Below, piece after piece: positions 7,811 to 16,145 of a stretch of 23,772 nt of DNA. The position numbers were made by a program, and so were the translations under genes. Under the pieces are notes generated by a model. That model made no database searches, was not told where the DNA came from, and saw only the letters and a program-made list of their open reading frames with translations. Source of the DNA: Candidatus Hodarchaeota archaeon (lineage in GTDB: Archaea > Asgardarchaeota > Heimdallarchaeia > Hodarchaeales > Hodarchaeaceae); assembly GCA_016839785.1 (NCBI GenBank), contig JAEOTQ010000099.1, forward strand, positions 1 to 23,772, written 5' to 3'. Positions within the stretch are counted from its first letter, which is position 1. Every line of letters starts with the position of its first letter.

Positions 7811-10567
7811 ATGCTTAAGCTAGCATACCGAAATATCTTCAGATCAAAACAACGGTCTTTCCTGTTAGTATTCGGAATTACCATGACATTGGCTCTAGAA
7901 ACCGCTGTTATTGTAACTGTTGATACAATTTATACTGATTTCTTATTTGATAATAGAAATCAGAATTATACAGATGTTACAGTTCACCCAAGAAATTGGA
8001 TGAATTTATCAGAGCTCTTAAATTTAACTGACACAATTTCCAAATCTATTGGAGTGAGTAAGGCCTCTGCAGTCTACTATGTCAAAAGCGATTTTGTCCA
8101 AAACCAGACTGGAAGTCCTGTGGATGTCCTCATTTATGGTATTAATTCCAGGACACATCCTGATATTCCAACGCTAAATGTTACAAGAGGCTTTAGGACC
8201 GCTACAAATAATACTATTTTAATTTCCCAACCAATAGCCACAACGCTTCATATTGGGCTTGGATCTAAGTTAAATATTGAAAATAAGCCAGAAATTGGTT
8301 TTAAGGGAGCAGATCTTACAGTAGGAGGAATTTTTACTGTACCACCATTTTTTGGTAATCGTGAACTACAAACAGTTATTTTAATTGATATTGACACGCT
8401 GGTATCACTTTTTGAACCAACATCGCTTACTACTTCTCTGAAAGCTAAAATAGATGTGACTGTGGATAATCTTTTAGAAATTCGGAGTACTTCTGATCAT
8501 CTTAAAGATATATTAGGGTCGGAGTTCTCTGTTTTTGCTGAAAAAGACATTTCTGAATTACAAGCCCTTGGTATCAGTGCCTATTCTGTTGCTATGAATC
8601 TTGTCGTCATGGCTTCATTATTGGTTGAGTTTCTATTCACAACAAATATGCTCGCTATAGTTGTGAGGGAACGACAAAAAGAATATGGTATCTTTAGAAC
8701 AATGGGATTAAAATCTACTCAGCTCCTATTAATTATTTTTTATGAAGTATTGATTTATTCAGTAATAGGAAGTATTTTTGGGATTTTAGCGGGAATAGGT
8801 TTTTCAAACATACTTGTCGATATTTTAGATCAGTTCTATACCAGTCTCGAATTCCAGACTATTATAGCTAAACCTTCCTCCTTAGCTGTAATTTTCCTTT
8901 CTGGGGTAACAGTTGCCCTCCTTTCAGGTTTGTACCCAACTTATTTGAGTATTAAAGTACCCATTGTACAAAACATACATTCTAGAATGAGTACCCCTAG
9001 TTATAATCTTATTAAGGACTACTGGAAGTATGTTGTGTATACTGGAGCATTATTAACAGCCTCAGGATTTTTTCTCTCCTATTTTGTTGGGCCAGCAAGA
9101 TTTCTCAAATTTTCCCTATTTTCCACCCACTTTTTTGTGATTATATTTTTATTTCTTGGCACGTTGCTTATAGAGGCTGGATTACTAATTTTTATGCCAA
9201 GAATTGGTGAAAAACTCTTTGTTATGTTTGATATAGTTTCACGGACAATATCTATGCGAAATATTTCAAAAGAATTTCAAAGATCTTTATTCACAATAAT
9301 GACATCGTCCATTGCGTTAACATTTGTGATTTTTGTAGGTGTTGTCTCAGCTGCAGTAATTGCAAGTGTTCCTCAATATTATGAAGGCCAATGGGGGACA
9401 ATTGATATCGTTATAGAGACCAGTGATAGCAATCTTTTACCAGTAAATTTTACAGATCAATTGGACTCTATTGAGATGATTAGACAGTCAGGATACTTAC
9501 AAGAAACACGCACAGAGGTAGGACGCTTAAATAGTTATGTCTTCGGGGTTGAACCTGAACAATATTCGCATTTTGGGGAGATAATATTTGATTCTATTTC
9601 TGATGCTCCTGCTGATGATCTATTATCCGATAACTCTCTGAATCAAACAAACGTCTTAGTGTCAGATCTCCTCTACAATTCTCTAAATATAGCCTTGGGC
9701 CAGGAGGTGCCATTGAAATATGGTACAAATAACACCATAAACGTTACACTAGCTGCTGTAGTTAAAGGAAACGCGTTTTTGGGAAGTGGGAGATATCTAT
9801 ACTTGGCCTCGAATAATTTCCAGTCACTATTTAACACTTCGTTGGCAAAGATTTTCATTTGTGATGTTTATGAGGATCAGAATGTTGGAAAAGTGCGACA
9901 TAATATATCTGAATCATATGAATTTCTCAACCACGATGATGTAGTTAGTATTGATCTATATCGGAACATCATTGAAAATAGTTTGGAATTCCAAGCAAAC
10001 CTTTTCCAAGTTTTATTCATGGAATCATTTGTCTTAGCAGGAATTGCTCAATTTGTAGGTATTCTCCTATCTACTTTGCAAATGGAGAGAGAAATGGGAA
10101 TCATGCGAAGTATGGGCCTAACAAAAAGAGGAGTTTTTACTATTTTTCTTGCTGAATCCTTCGCACTCGGATTTTCGGCCATAATTTTTGGACTATTTGA
10201 TGGAATATTGGGTGCTGCTTTACTGTTATGGTATATATCATTTAGTATCCCGATCGCATTACATATTCCCCTTGACCATATTTTTACTTGGTTATTAATT
10301 TCATTGGCGTTTACATTTGTTAGTACATTTATTCCAGCATATCGATCAAGTCACAAAGAGGTAATAGCTACAATCTCTGCAAGACCCATGAGGACATATA
10401 AAAAGGAGAAAAAAAAGAGATTTATTTTTCCAAGATTCATGCAAGAAGAGGAACTGTTGTTTCCAAAATATTTAAAGGTATTAGTGAATGGATTAATTGT
10501 GATTTATTATTTCTGGGTCTTAATCTTTGCTTATTGGTTCTTCTTTGAATGGTTTTTCCCCAATTGA
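7811..10567 (+). CDS. FtsX/MacB-like ABC transporter permease (two-repeat type)
   Basis: The likely start is ATG 7811 (MLKLAYRNIFRSKQRS), not 7730. Two FtsX-type motifs are present (VRERQKEYGIFRTMG and QMEREMGIMRSMG), with two large sequon-rich extracytoplasmic domains and GLYP/FIPA motifs. Confidence 0.88.
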   Translation: MLKLAYRNIFRSKQRSFLLVFGITMTLALETAVIVTVDTIYTDFLFDNRNQNYTDVTVHPRNWMNLSELLNLTDTISKSIGVSKASAVYYVKSDFVQNQTGSPVDVLIYGINSRTHPDIPTLNVTRGFRTATNNTILISQPIATTLHIGLGSKLNIENKPEIGFKGADLTVGGIFTVPPFFGNRELQTVILIDIDTLVSLFEPTSLTTSLKAKIDVTVDNLLEIRSTSDHLKDILGSEFSVFAEKDISELQALGISAYSVAMNLVVMASLLVEFLFTTNMLAIVVRERQKEYGIFRTMGLKSTQLLLIIFYEVLIYSVIGSIFGILAGIGFSNILVDILDQFYTSLEFQTIIAKPSSLAVIFLSGVTVALLSGLYPTYLSIKVPIVQNIHSRMSTPSYNLIKDYWKYVVYTGALLTASGFFLSYFVGPARFLKFSLFSTHFFVIIFLFLGTLLIEAGLLIFMPRIGEKLFVMFDIVSRTISMRNISKEFQRSLFTIMTSSIALTFVIFVGVVSAAVIASVPQYYEGQWGTIDIVIETSDSNLLPVNFTDQLDSIEMIRQSGYLQETRTEVGRLNSYVFGVEPEQYSHFGEIIFDSISDAPADDLLSDNSLNQTNVLVSDLLYNSLNIALGQEVPLKYGTNNTINVTLAAVVKGNAFLGSGRYLYLASNNFQSLFNTSLAKIFICDVYEDQNVGKVRHNISESYEFLNHDDVVSIDLYRNIIENSLEFQANLFQVLFMESFVLAGIAQFVGILLSTLQMEREMGIMRSMGLTKRGVFTIFLAESFALGFSAIIFGLFDGILGAALLLWYISFSIPIALHIPLDHIFTWLLISLAFTFVSTFIPAYRSSHKEVIATISARPMRTYKKEKKKRFIFPRFMQEEELLFPKYLKVLVNGLIVIYYFWVLIFAYWFFFEWFFPN

Positions 10568-10676
10568 GCGTTTACTTGGAAATAGTGAAAATAGTCAATT
10601 CGATACTTCACAAAGTTTTATGAAATGATGTCCCAATCCAAAGATATAGATACTAAAAATTATCATTATACGATAT

Positions 10677-11423
10677 TTGTCATTAGAGGTGTATGAGTTG
10701 GAACAAAGAGGTCACCTAGAGTGGAACGTAAAAGATCTAGTACAAAAAAGAAATAAATTTCCAGACAGCAAAGAAACAAGCAGAATTATTGATGAAAAGA
10801 ATGTTAGGCGTTCTTTCGCCAAATTTCCTAATTCAACCCTAGATATTAAGGGAATGGTTGCATGGTTAGAAAAAATGGCTCGATACATTCCAATTTCAAG
10901 TGATAAAGAGCTAGAAGAGACGATTAAATTGTTGATAGTGCTTAGTAAAGAACGATCTCGATTTAATTATCTTTATGACAGACCAGGTCTGGAATTAATG
11001 AAACGTGTAAGAGAGTGCATGATTAGATATTTCATTGTTCTATCTGAAATAAGGGCAGAAAGAAAGGAATTCTTTGAGTATTGGCATTTAGATGAACAAT
11101 GGATTCTGGAATGGAGTATGGTATTACTGGGAGTTAAACCTCAAGATAAATTGGGAAAATATGGATTTCCTGACTTAGTTGCAAGAGATTTCTTAAATCT
11201 GCTAGCACTAGAGTTGGCATGCGCGGATTCTGCCACTAAATTAGAAGCACCAATGATTAGAATGCAGCCCTCCAAAGAAATTAAAGATAACTATATTTAT
11301 ATACCCACACACATTGCTGCAGAAGAGTATCGAGTTACAGTAGACAAAATATGCTCAAATCAACAAACTTTTTCAGAATGGGTTGAAGAAATTCAGACAT
11401 ACTACGATTTACCTAAAGCTTAA
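10677..11423 (+). CDS. Hypothetical protein with a possible degenerate PD-(D/E)xK-like motif
   Basis: 248-aa soluble ORF containing GFPDLVARDFLNLLALELAC. The start may be TTG 10698, which follows a GAGGTG SD-like motif. Confidence 0.65.
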   Translation: MSLEVYELEQRGHLEWNVKDLVQKRNKFPDSKETSRIIDEKNVRRSFAKFPNSTLDIKGMVAWLEKMARYIPISSDKELEETIKLLIVLSKERSRFNYLYDRPGLELMKRVRECMIRYFIVLSEIRAERKEFFEYWHLDEQWILEWSMVLLGVKPQDKLGKYGFPDLVARDFLNLLALELACADSATKLEAPMIRMQPSKEIKDNYIYIPTHIAAEEYRVTVDKICSNQQTFSEWVEEIQTYYDLPKA

Positions 11424-11435
11424 GAGTTGTGGATA

Positions 11436-12599
11436 CTATATGTGGAGAAAACACTCCACAAACGACTCTTTGGTGACAACTCGTGGTGGTTTTTCTAATC
11501 GACATTTGCTCATCACATGTTTACATCGTGGATGAAATTTGCATCCACGAGGCCAGTCGTAAGGTTTAGGGATCTTCCCAGGAATTTCTTCCAGAAGTCC
11601 CCCCTTCGTAACTGCATACCAAGGTAATGCATTTAAGAGACCTTGAGAATATGGATGAAGTGGTTCATTCAGGAAATCTGAAACAGAACGTGATTCAATA
11701 ACTTCTCCTCCATACATTACAGCGATAGTGTCTCCAAGTTTAGTCGCCGCCCCGATATTATGGGTAGCAAACATATAAGACCCTCCTAGGTCTTTCTTTA
11801 ATGTTTGAATCAGCTCAATAATTATTGCTTGGTTCGCGGGATCAAGCGAGGCAAGAGGCTCATCTGCCAAAAGAATCTCTGGATCTGCAATTAATGCCAT
11901 TGAAATGCAAACTCTTTGAGCTTGTCCATGGCTTAAACTGTCTACATATTTCTTGTAATTAATTTTAGGCTCTGGAAGAGCTACTTTTCCAAGAAATTCG
12001 TACACTCTCTCCTTGATTTTCTCTTGTCTCAATGATAATCTTTCTAAGAGAATTTCTCCCGATTGAAAACCTATGGTTAACCAAGGGTTTAGGGATTCCT
12101 TGGGTAATTGAGGGATGTACCCAATTTTCACTCCTCTAAATTCATTCATGCCTCTATTATCAAGAGAAAGAAGATTAATCGGGGGAGAAGAGTCATCGGG
12201 GTAATAATTTATTTCTCCTTCAAGTAATGCAAGATAATTGGCAAAGAGCTGGAGAATTGAGTTGAGAAGTGTCGATTTTCCACAACCTGTTTCTCCAATA
12301 ATGCATAATGATTCCCCTCTATGCAGTGTAAGTGATGCTGTATCAACAGCTTTTATCACGAGCTGCTCCAGTTCATAGGTATAATCAATTCCATCAATAT
12401 CTCGTTTTTCACGCCCGAAAGACCAGTAGTTTTCAATTGCTTGTTTCTCAAGTGGTTTAGGTTCAAACGATGGCCGAAATTGAAGCATTTCCATTAATTT
12501 TGCATCTAATCCTTGAGTGATGTCAAATCCCTTTAACTGATAATAGCATTTTAAATCTTTTATCTTCAAAATTATGTCATTTAATGGGGTGAAATTCAT
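11436..12599 (-). CDS. oppD: Oligopeptide/dipeptide ABC ATP-binding protein (OppD-like), atypical
   Basis: Walker A GETGCGKST, Q-loop YIPQ, Walker B ILLADEP, H-loop ATHN and C-terminal PLHPYS...GCKFHPRC...C...C. The signature reads LSHGQ. Confidence 0.88.
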   Translation of the reverse strand: MNFTPLNDIILKIKDLKCYYQLKGFDITQGLDAKLMEMLQFRPSFEPKPLEKQAIENYWSFGREKRDIDGIDYTYELEQLVIKAVDTASLTLHRGESLCIIGETGCGKSTLLNSILQLFANYLALLEGEINYYPDDSSPPINLLSLDNRGMNEFRGVKIGYIPQLPKESLNPWLTIGFQSGEILLERLSLRQEKIKERVYEFLGKVALPEPKINYKKYVDSLSHGQAQRVCISMALIADPEILLADEPLASLDPANQAIIIELIQTLKKDLGGSYMFATHNIGAATKLGDTIAVMYGGEVIESRSVSDFLNEPLHPYSQGLLNALPWYAVTKGGLLEEIPGKIPKPYDWPRGCKFHPRCKHVMSKCRLEKPPRVVTKESFVECFLHI

Positions 12600-12750
12600 G
12601 AATAATCATCCTTACACTGTTTGAACTCCTGTAGAGATGAGCTAATCTTAGAAACTTATGTATTGGAGCAGGTAATTTCCTATACACTGGAATACTAAGA
12701 ATGGAACCTTTTTAAATACTTAAATTGATAGGCGAATAATTTCTGGCAAT

Positions 12751-13014
12751 TTAATATGCACGTTTGACGAAGTATGCAATTCCGAGAAGGATTATCGCAG
12801 TTACTCCATACATCAATGTTAAGACGAAAGCCTCATCAGCACGCTCTCTGAAGTATACAGCTCCCGCAACATCCCCTATACTATAAAACCATGCAGCTTG
12901 CTCTCTATGAATTCCAACAGAAACCAAGAATGTTAACGCAAGTAAAATAAGAGGTATTGCAATTATTACGGAAATCTGGACTATTATTCGTTTATTGTTC
13001 CTTGATATATGCAT
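12751..13014 (-). CDS. Small hypothetical membrane protein (2 TM, ~87 aa)
   Basis: ATG 13014 is preceded by an AAGGTGA SD-like motif. It has a basic N-terminus and two hydrophobic helices flanking a short loop. Confidence 0.6.
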   Translation of the reverse strand: MHISRNNKRIIVQISVIIAIPLILLALTFLVSVGIHREQAAWFYSIGDVAGAVYFRERADEAFVLTLMYGVTAIILLGIAYFVKRAY

Positions 13015-13225
13015 TATAATCACCTTGAAATCAAAAATAACCAACAGGTTCGCTGTTGTTTTTCAGTAAACTATGGTAAATGGAGTATAAATACCAATAG
13101 AAGAATAATTCTAGGGATATTTAATTATTCTGAGGAGTGCAAAATGTATTCCAAAGTATGATCGTCAGATCCTTTTTTGGTCAGGTGAAAATTACTATGT
13201 ACAATTCTAGGTGTTTTTTCCGCCA

Positions 13226-13250
13226 ATTTTCATGAAAATGTATTCATTTT
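13226..13250. promoter_or_regulatory. Overlapping palindromes, candidate transcription-factor site
   Basis: The perfect 14-bp palindrome ATTTTCATGAAAAT (13226-13239) overlaps AAAATG-TATT-CATTTT (13235-13250) in the divergent intergenic region. Confidence 0.3.
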
Positions 13251-13702
13251 TTCTATAAATCAACAATACTTCTTTACTCAAGACAAAAATCGGAAAAGTA
13301 AGTGGTATTTCGTAATGTTCGACAAAATAACTGGAGGAAGTAATGATTCAAGTCAAAAGCAATATTAACATATATAATAGATATAACTCCATTATTTAAA
13401 TGATGATCCCAGTTTAGTGTAAGAATCCTGAATCAGACTCCTCTACTGAAATAAATTACTATTCCTTATTATTATATATGTGTAATTGAGGTGTTATAAT
13501 TAGGAATTTCACCTGTCATAATCTATTTAAACTTAAAACATTCGATTTGCTTTGGAATAAACTCCCGTATCGCCTTGATTCCATTTACTTGTCGGTGTTA
13601 TATTATAGTTAAGAGATAATTTAGCAATCTGATATCATCTTTTTTGGAATTAAAGGTCTCGTTAAAAAGATACAAAGAAATATTTGTAGGTGTACTCAGA
13701 AA

Positions 13703-15961
13703 ATGAGACTAAAAAGTAAAATTACGCTTTATGCGTTTTTAACTACCTTTGTTTTCTTAGCCAACATGGCAAGCCCTGCGGCTGCAGCTGTATTCGAGGT
13801 CAAGTTCCCTGATACTTTGATCATCGAAACAATTGACAAACCACAGACGCTTGATCCTAGTAGTAGCTATGAAACTTTTGGTGGATCATTAGTTGACGGT
13901 ATATATGAATTTTTAATTACATACGGTCACGGCGCAAGTGATCTTGAAGGTGAAGTCGCCTCAGGTTGGAATGTCGCAGCTGACGGAAAATCTATCAACT
14001 TCACAATTGAACCAGGACACTTTTTCGTACTCCCAGAAACAGGAGTTAGTACAGGCATTGAAATCAATGCATGGCATGTGAAATACTCTATTGATCGTAC
14101 AAACATTATGGCCGATCCTGACGGATATGGTTGGATGTTAGACGGTCTGATCACAGGTGCAAATTCCCACCAAGACTTAAACATCTCTGAAGCACAAGAT
14201 TACATTGCTGCAGGTGGTGTCGAAGTTCTTAATGATATGCTTGTAAGAGTCAATCTTGATTTTGCATATTCAGCCGCTGTCACAATCTTTGCATTTAATG
14301 CAGGAATTGTTATGAATCCAGTATGGATTGCAGAAGAAGCCCCAGGTACTTATACACAAGATACAGGTGGAAAAACTGCCGAAGATAATGCAACTGGAAT
14401 GTTCTCCTTCACCGACTGGTTTGCAGGCGAGAACGTCACTGAAATTATGGTTGACAAACTTGGTTTCGACGCAGCATGGGATCCACTAGATTCTGGTGTA
14501 GTTCCTTCAACTGGTGTAAACAGTCCCTATCGTCATGAGAGAGCAACCCTTTCTGGATGTGGAAGTGGTCCTTACTTCCTGCTTGAAACTCAAACCACAT
14601 ATGGTCAAGCAATCAAACTGCAAAAGAATCTACTTTGGGAAGGTTTCGTTACTGGACAAGGTGGCCCTGATTGGGAAACAGCCCCAGAATTATGGCCTAA
14701 TGCCCCCGAGTACGTCTTGATCAAGACAGTAAATGAACCTAATACTCGTTTACTCGATTTACAATCAGGTGATTGTGATTTACCAGGTCTACCAACCTCT
14801 CTTGCTGATCAAGTGATTGATATCGACGCATTCCTTGACGATGGTACCATTGAACCAATTATTGATGACGTCATTACCTTCCAAGTTCCTTCATTGACTG
14901 TAATCTTCTTGGGTATGAACCAAAAAGATGTTATTTCCGATGAATGGCTAGAAGAGGCATCATGGTCAGCATATAATGCAAGCGATTGGTATCCATATGC
15001 ATGGAGTGAAGACGAAGGAAATCCAACATTCACTGACAATCGAACACTACATAACAACGTCTTTGCGAACTACTTGTTCCGTCAAGCATTTATCAAATCA
15101 CTCGACGCTGAGGCTTATTTAGCCCAAGTGTTAAACGGATTTGGTATTATTCCTCAAGGATGTATTCCTTACGGACTTATGGGACACGCAGACTTCTTAA
15201 TCGATGAAGGTTATCAACCAACATACGATCCCGATGGTGCAAAAGCACTCTTCCAGACACTAGGTTGGCAAGGAGCAATCACCTTATGCTTCAACGAAGG
15301 TAATACAAACCGCCGAGCTGCAGCCCTCTTACTAGAGAGCGCAATCGAAGGTATGAATGTCGGCATTAGTATCAGTATCCGAGAAGTTAGCTGGCCAACT
15401 TACCTAGCCATTTACAAAACGCTCCCAGCGTTCTTAATTGGATGGGCACCAGACTATGCAGATCCAGACAACTATGTAGATCCATTCTATGGAACTTACT
15501 TTGCACAGCAATTGAACTACTCCAATCCCACAGTTCTCGATATGATGAACGAAGCTAAAGCAGAACCAAGTCAAGCTGCTCGTGAGCAGTTATACTTCGA
15601 CATTGAAAGGAATGCGTCATTAGACTATCCCTTCGTGCCTCTGTATCAAGGATTTGGTCTTTCAGTTCGCAGAAATTGGATCCAAGGTGATTATGACAGC
15701 GTTATCAATCCTATGAGAAACGGCGGTCAACCTTGGGAACGATTAGAGAAGGCGGAATTCATCACAACCACAACGACAACCACGACTACCACAACAACTA
15801 CTGAGACCACAACGACTACTGCTGGCACCTCTACTTCCTCTACTCCCGCAGAAACAACGGAAGAAACAACTACAGATGACGGTGGACCTGGATTCGAGTT
15901 TGCAGCCTTCTTAATTGCAGCTTCCTTAATGGCAATCTACTATCGCAAGCGAAGACGTTAA
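13703..15961 (+). CDS. oppA: Peptide ABC transporter substrate-binding protein (family 5, OppA/DppA-like) with Thr-rich linker and PGF-type C-terminal sorting signal
   Basis: Signal peptide (MRLKSK...SPAAAA), PQTLDP, YEFLI, VKYSIDR, GSGPY, RQAF, GWAPDYADPDNY and REQLY motifs. The C-terminus is a poly-Thr tract, then GPGFE, a TM helix and RKRRR. Confidence 0.92.
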   Translation: MRLKSKITLYAFLTTFVFLANMASPAAAAVFEVKFPDTLIIETIDKPQTLDPSSSYETFGGSLVDGIYEFLITYGHGASDLEGEVASGWNVAADGKSINFTIEPGHFFVLPETGVSTGIEINAWHVKYSIDRTNIMADPDGYGWMLDGLITGANSHQDLNISEAQDYIAAGGVEVLNDMLVRVNLDFAYSAAVTIFAFNAGIVMNPVWIAEEAPGTYTQDTGGKTAEDNATGMFSFTDWFAGENVTEIMVDKLGFDAAWDPLDSGVVPSTGVNSPYRHERATLSGCGSGPYFLLETQTTYGQAIKLQKNLLWEGFVTGQGGPDWETAPELWPNAPEYVLIKTVNEPNTRLLDLQSGDCDLPGLPTSLADQVIDIDAFLDDGTIEPIIDDVITFQVPSLTVIFLGMNQKDVISDEWLEEASWSAYNASDWYPYAWSEDEGNPTFTDNRTLHNNVFANYLFRQAFIKSLDAEAYLAQVLNGFGIIPQGCIPYGLMGHADFLIDEGYQPTYDPDGAKALFQTLGWQGAITLCFNEGNTNRRAAALLLESAIEGMNVGISISIREVSWPTYLAIYKTLPAFLIGWAPDYADPDNYVDPFYGTYFAQQLNYSNPTVLDMMNEAKAEPSQAAREQLYFDIERNASLDYPFVPLYQGFGLSVRRNWIQGDYDSVINPMRNGGQPWERLEKAEFITTTTTTTTTTTTTETTTTTAGTSTSSTPAETTEETTTDDGGPGFEFAAFLIAASLMAIYYRKRRR
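15764..15874 (+). repeat. Low-complexity Thr-rich (ACN)n coding tract
   Basis: Encodes TTTTTTTTTTTTETTTTTAGTSTSSTPAETTEETTT with mixed synonymous codons. Confidence 0.85.
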
Positions 15962-15969
15962 GTCTTCCA

Positions 15970-15993
15970 CCTTTTTTCTTTTTTTTTTCTTTT
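15970..15993 (+). terminator. Oligo-T terminator after the substrate-binding protein gene
   Basis: CCTTTTTTCTTTTTTTTTTCTTTT begins about 10 nt after the TAA. Confidence 0.7.
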
Positions 15994-16106
15994 AATATTA
16001 TAGTTTGAGATCCTCTTTTTTATGAACTAGTTTTACCCCCGCCTTTCTCTGGAGTGTACTTTTGATTTAGAGGCTACAAATTCATTACGTTTTATTCTGC
16101 CTTCAT

Positions 16107-16122
16107 GAAAAAAGATTTAAAG
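16107..16122 (+). promoter_or_regulatory. BRE + TATA box promoter for the second oppB (probably leaderless)
   Basis: Purine-rich GAAAAAAGA followed by TTTAAAA (16116-16122), about 25 nt upstream of ATG 16146. Confidence 0.5.
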
Positions 16123-16145
16123 AGATCATAGATCATTAGTCCTCA

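Noticed and set aside
5336-7884. Short ORFs 5336-5530, 5981-6178, 6383-6625, 7415-7684 and 7702-7884
   Set aside because: They are antisense shadows overlapping long, well-supported genes and have no recognisable motifs.
15764-15874. ACN-rich repeat as a possible microsatellite or CRISPR-like array
   Set aside because: Third codon positions vary, so it is a protein-level Thr linker. There is no repeat-spacer structure.
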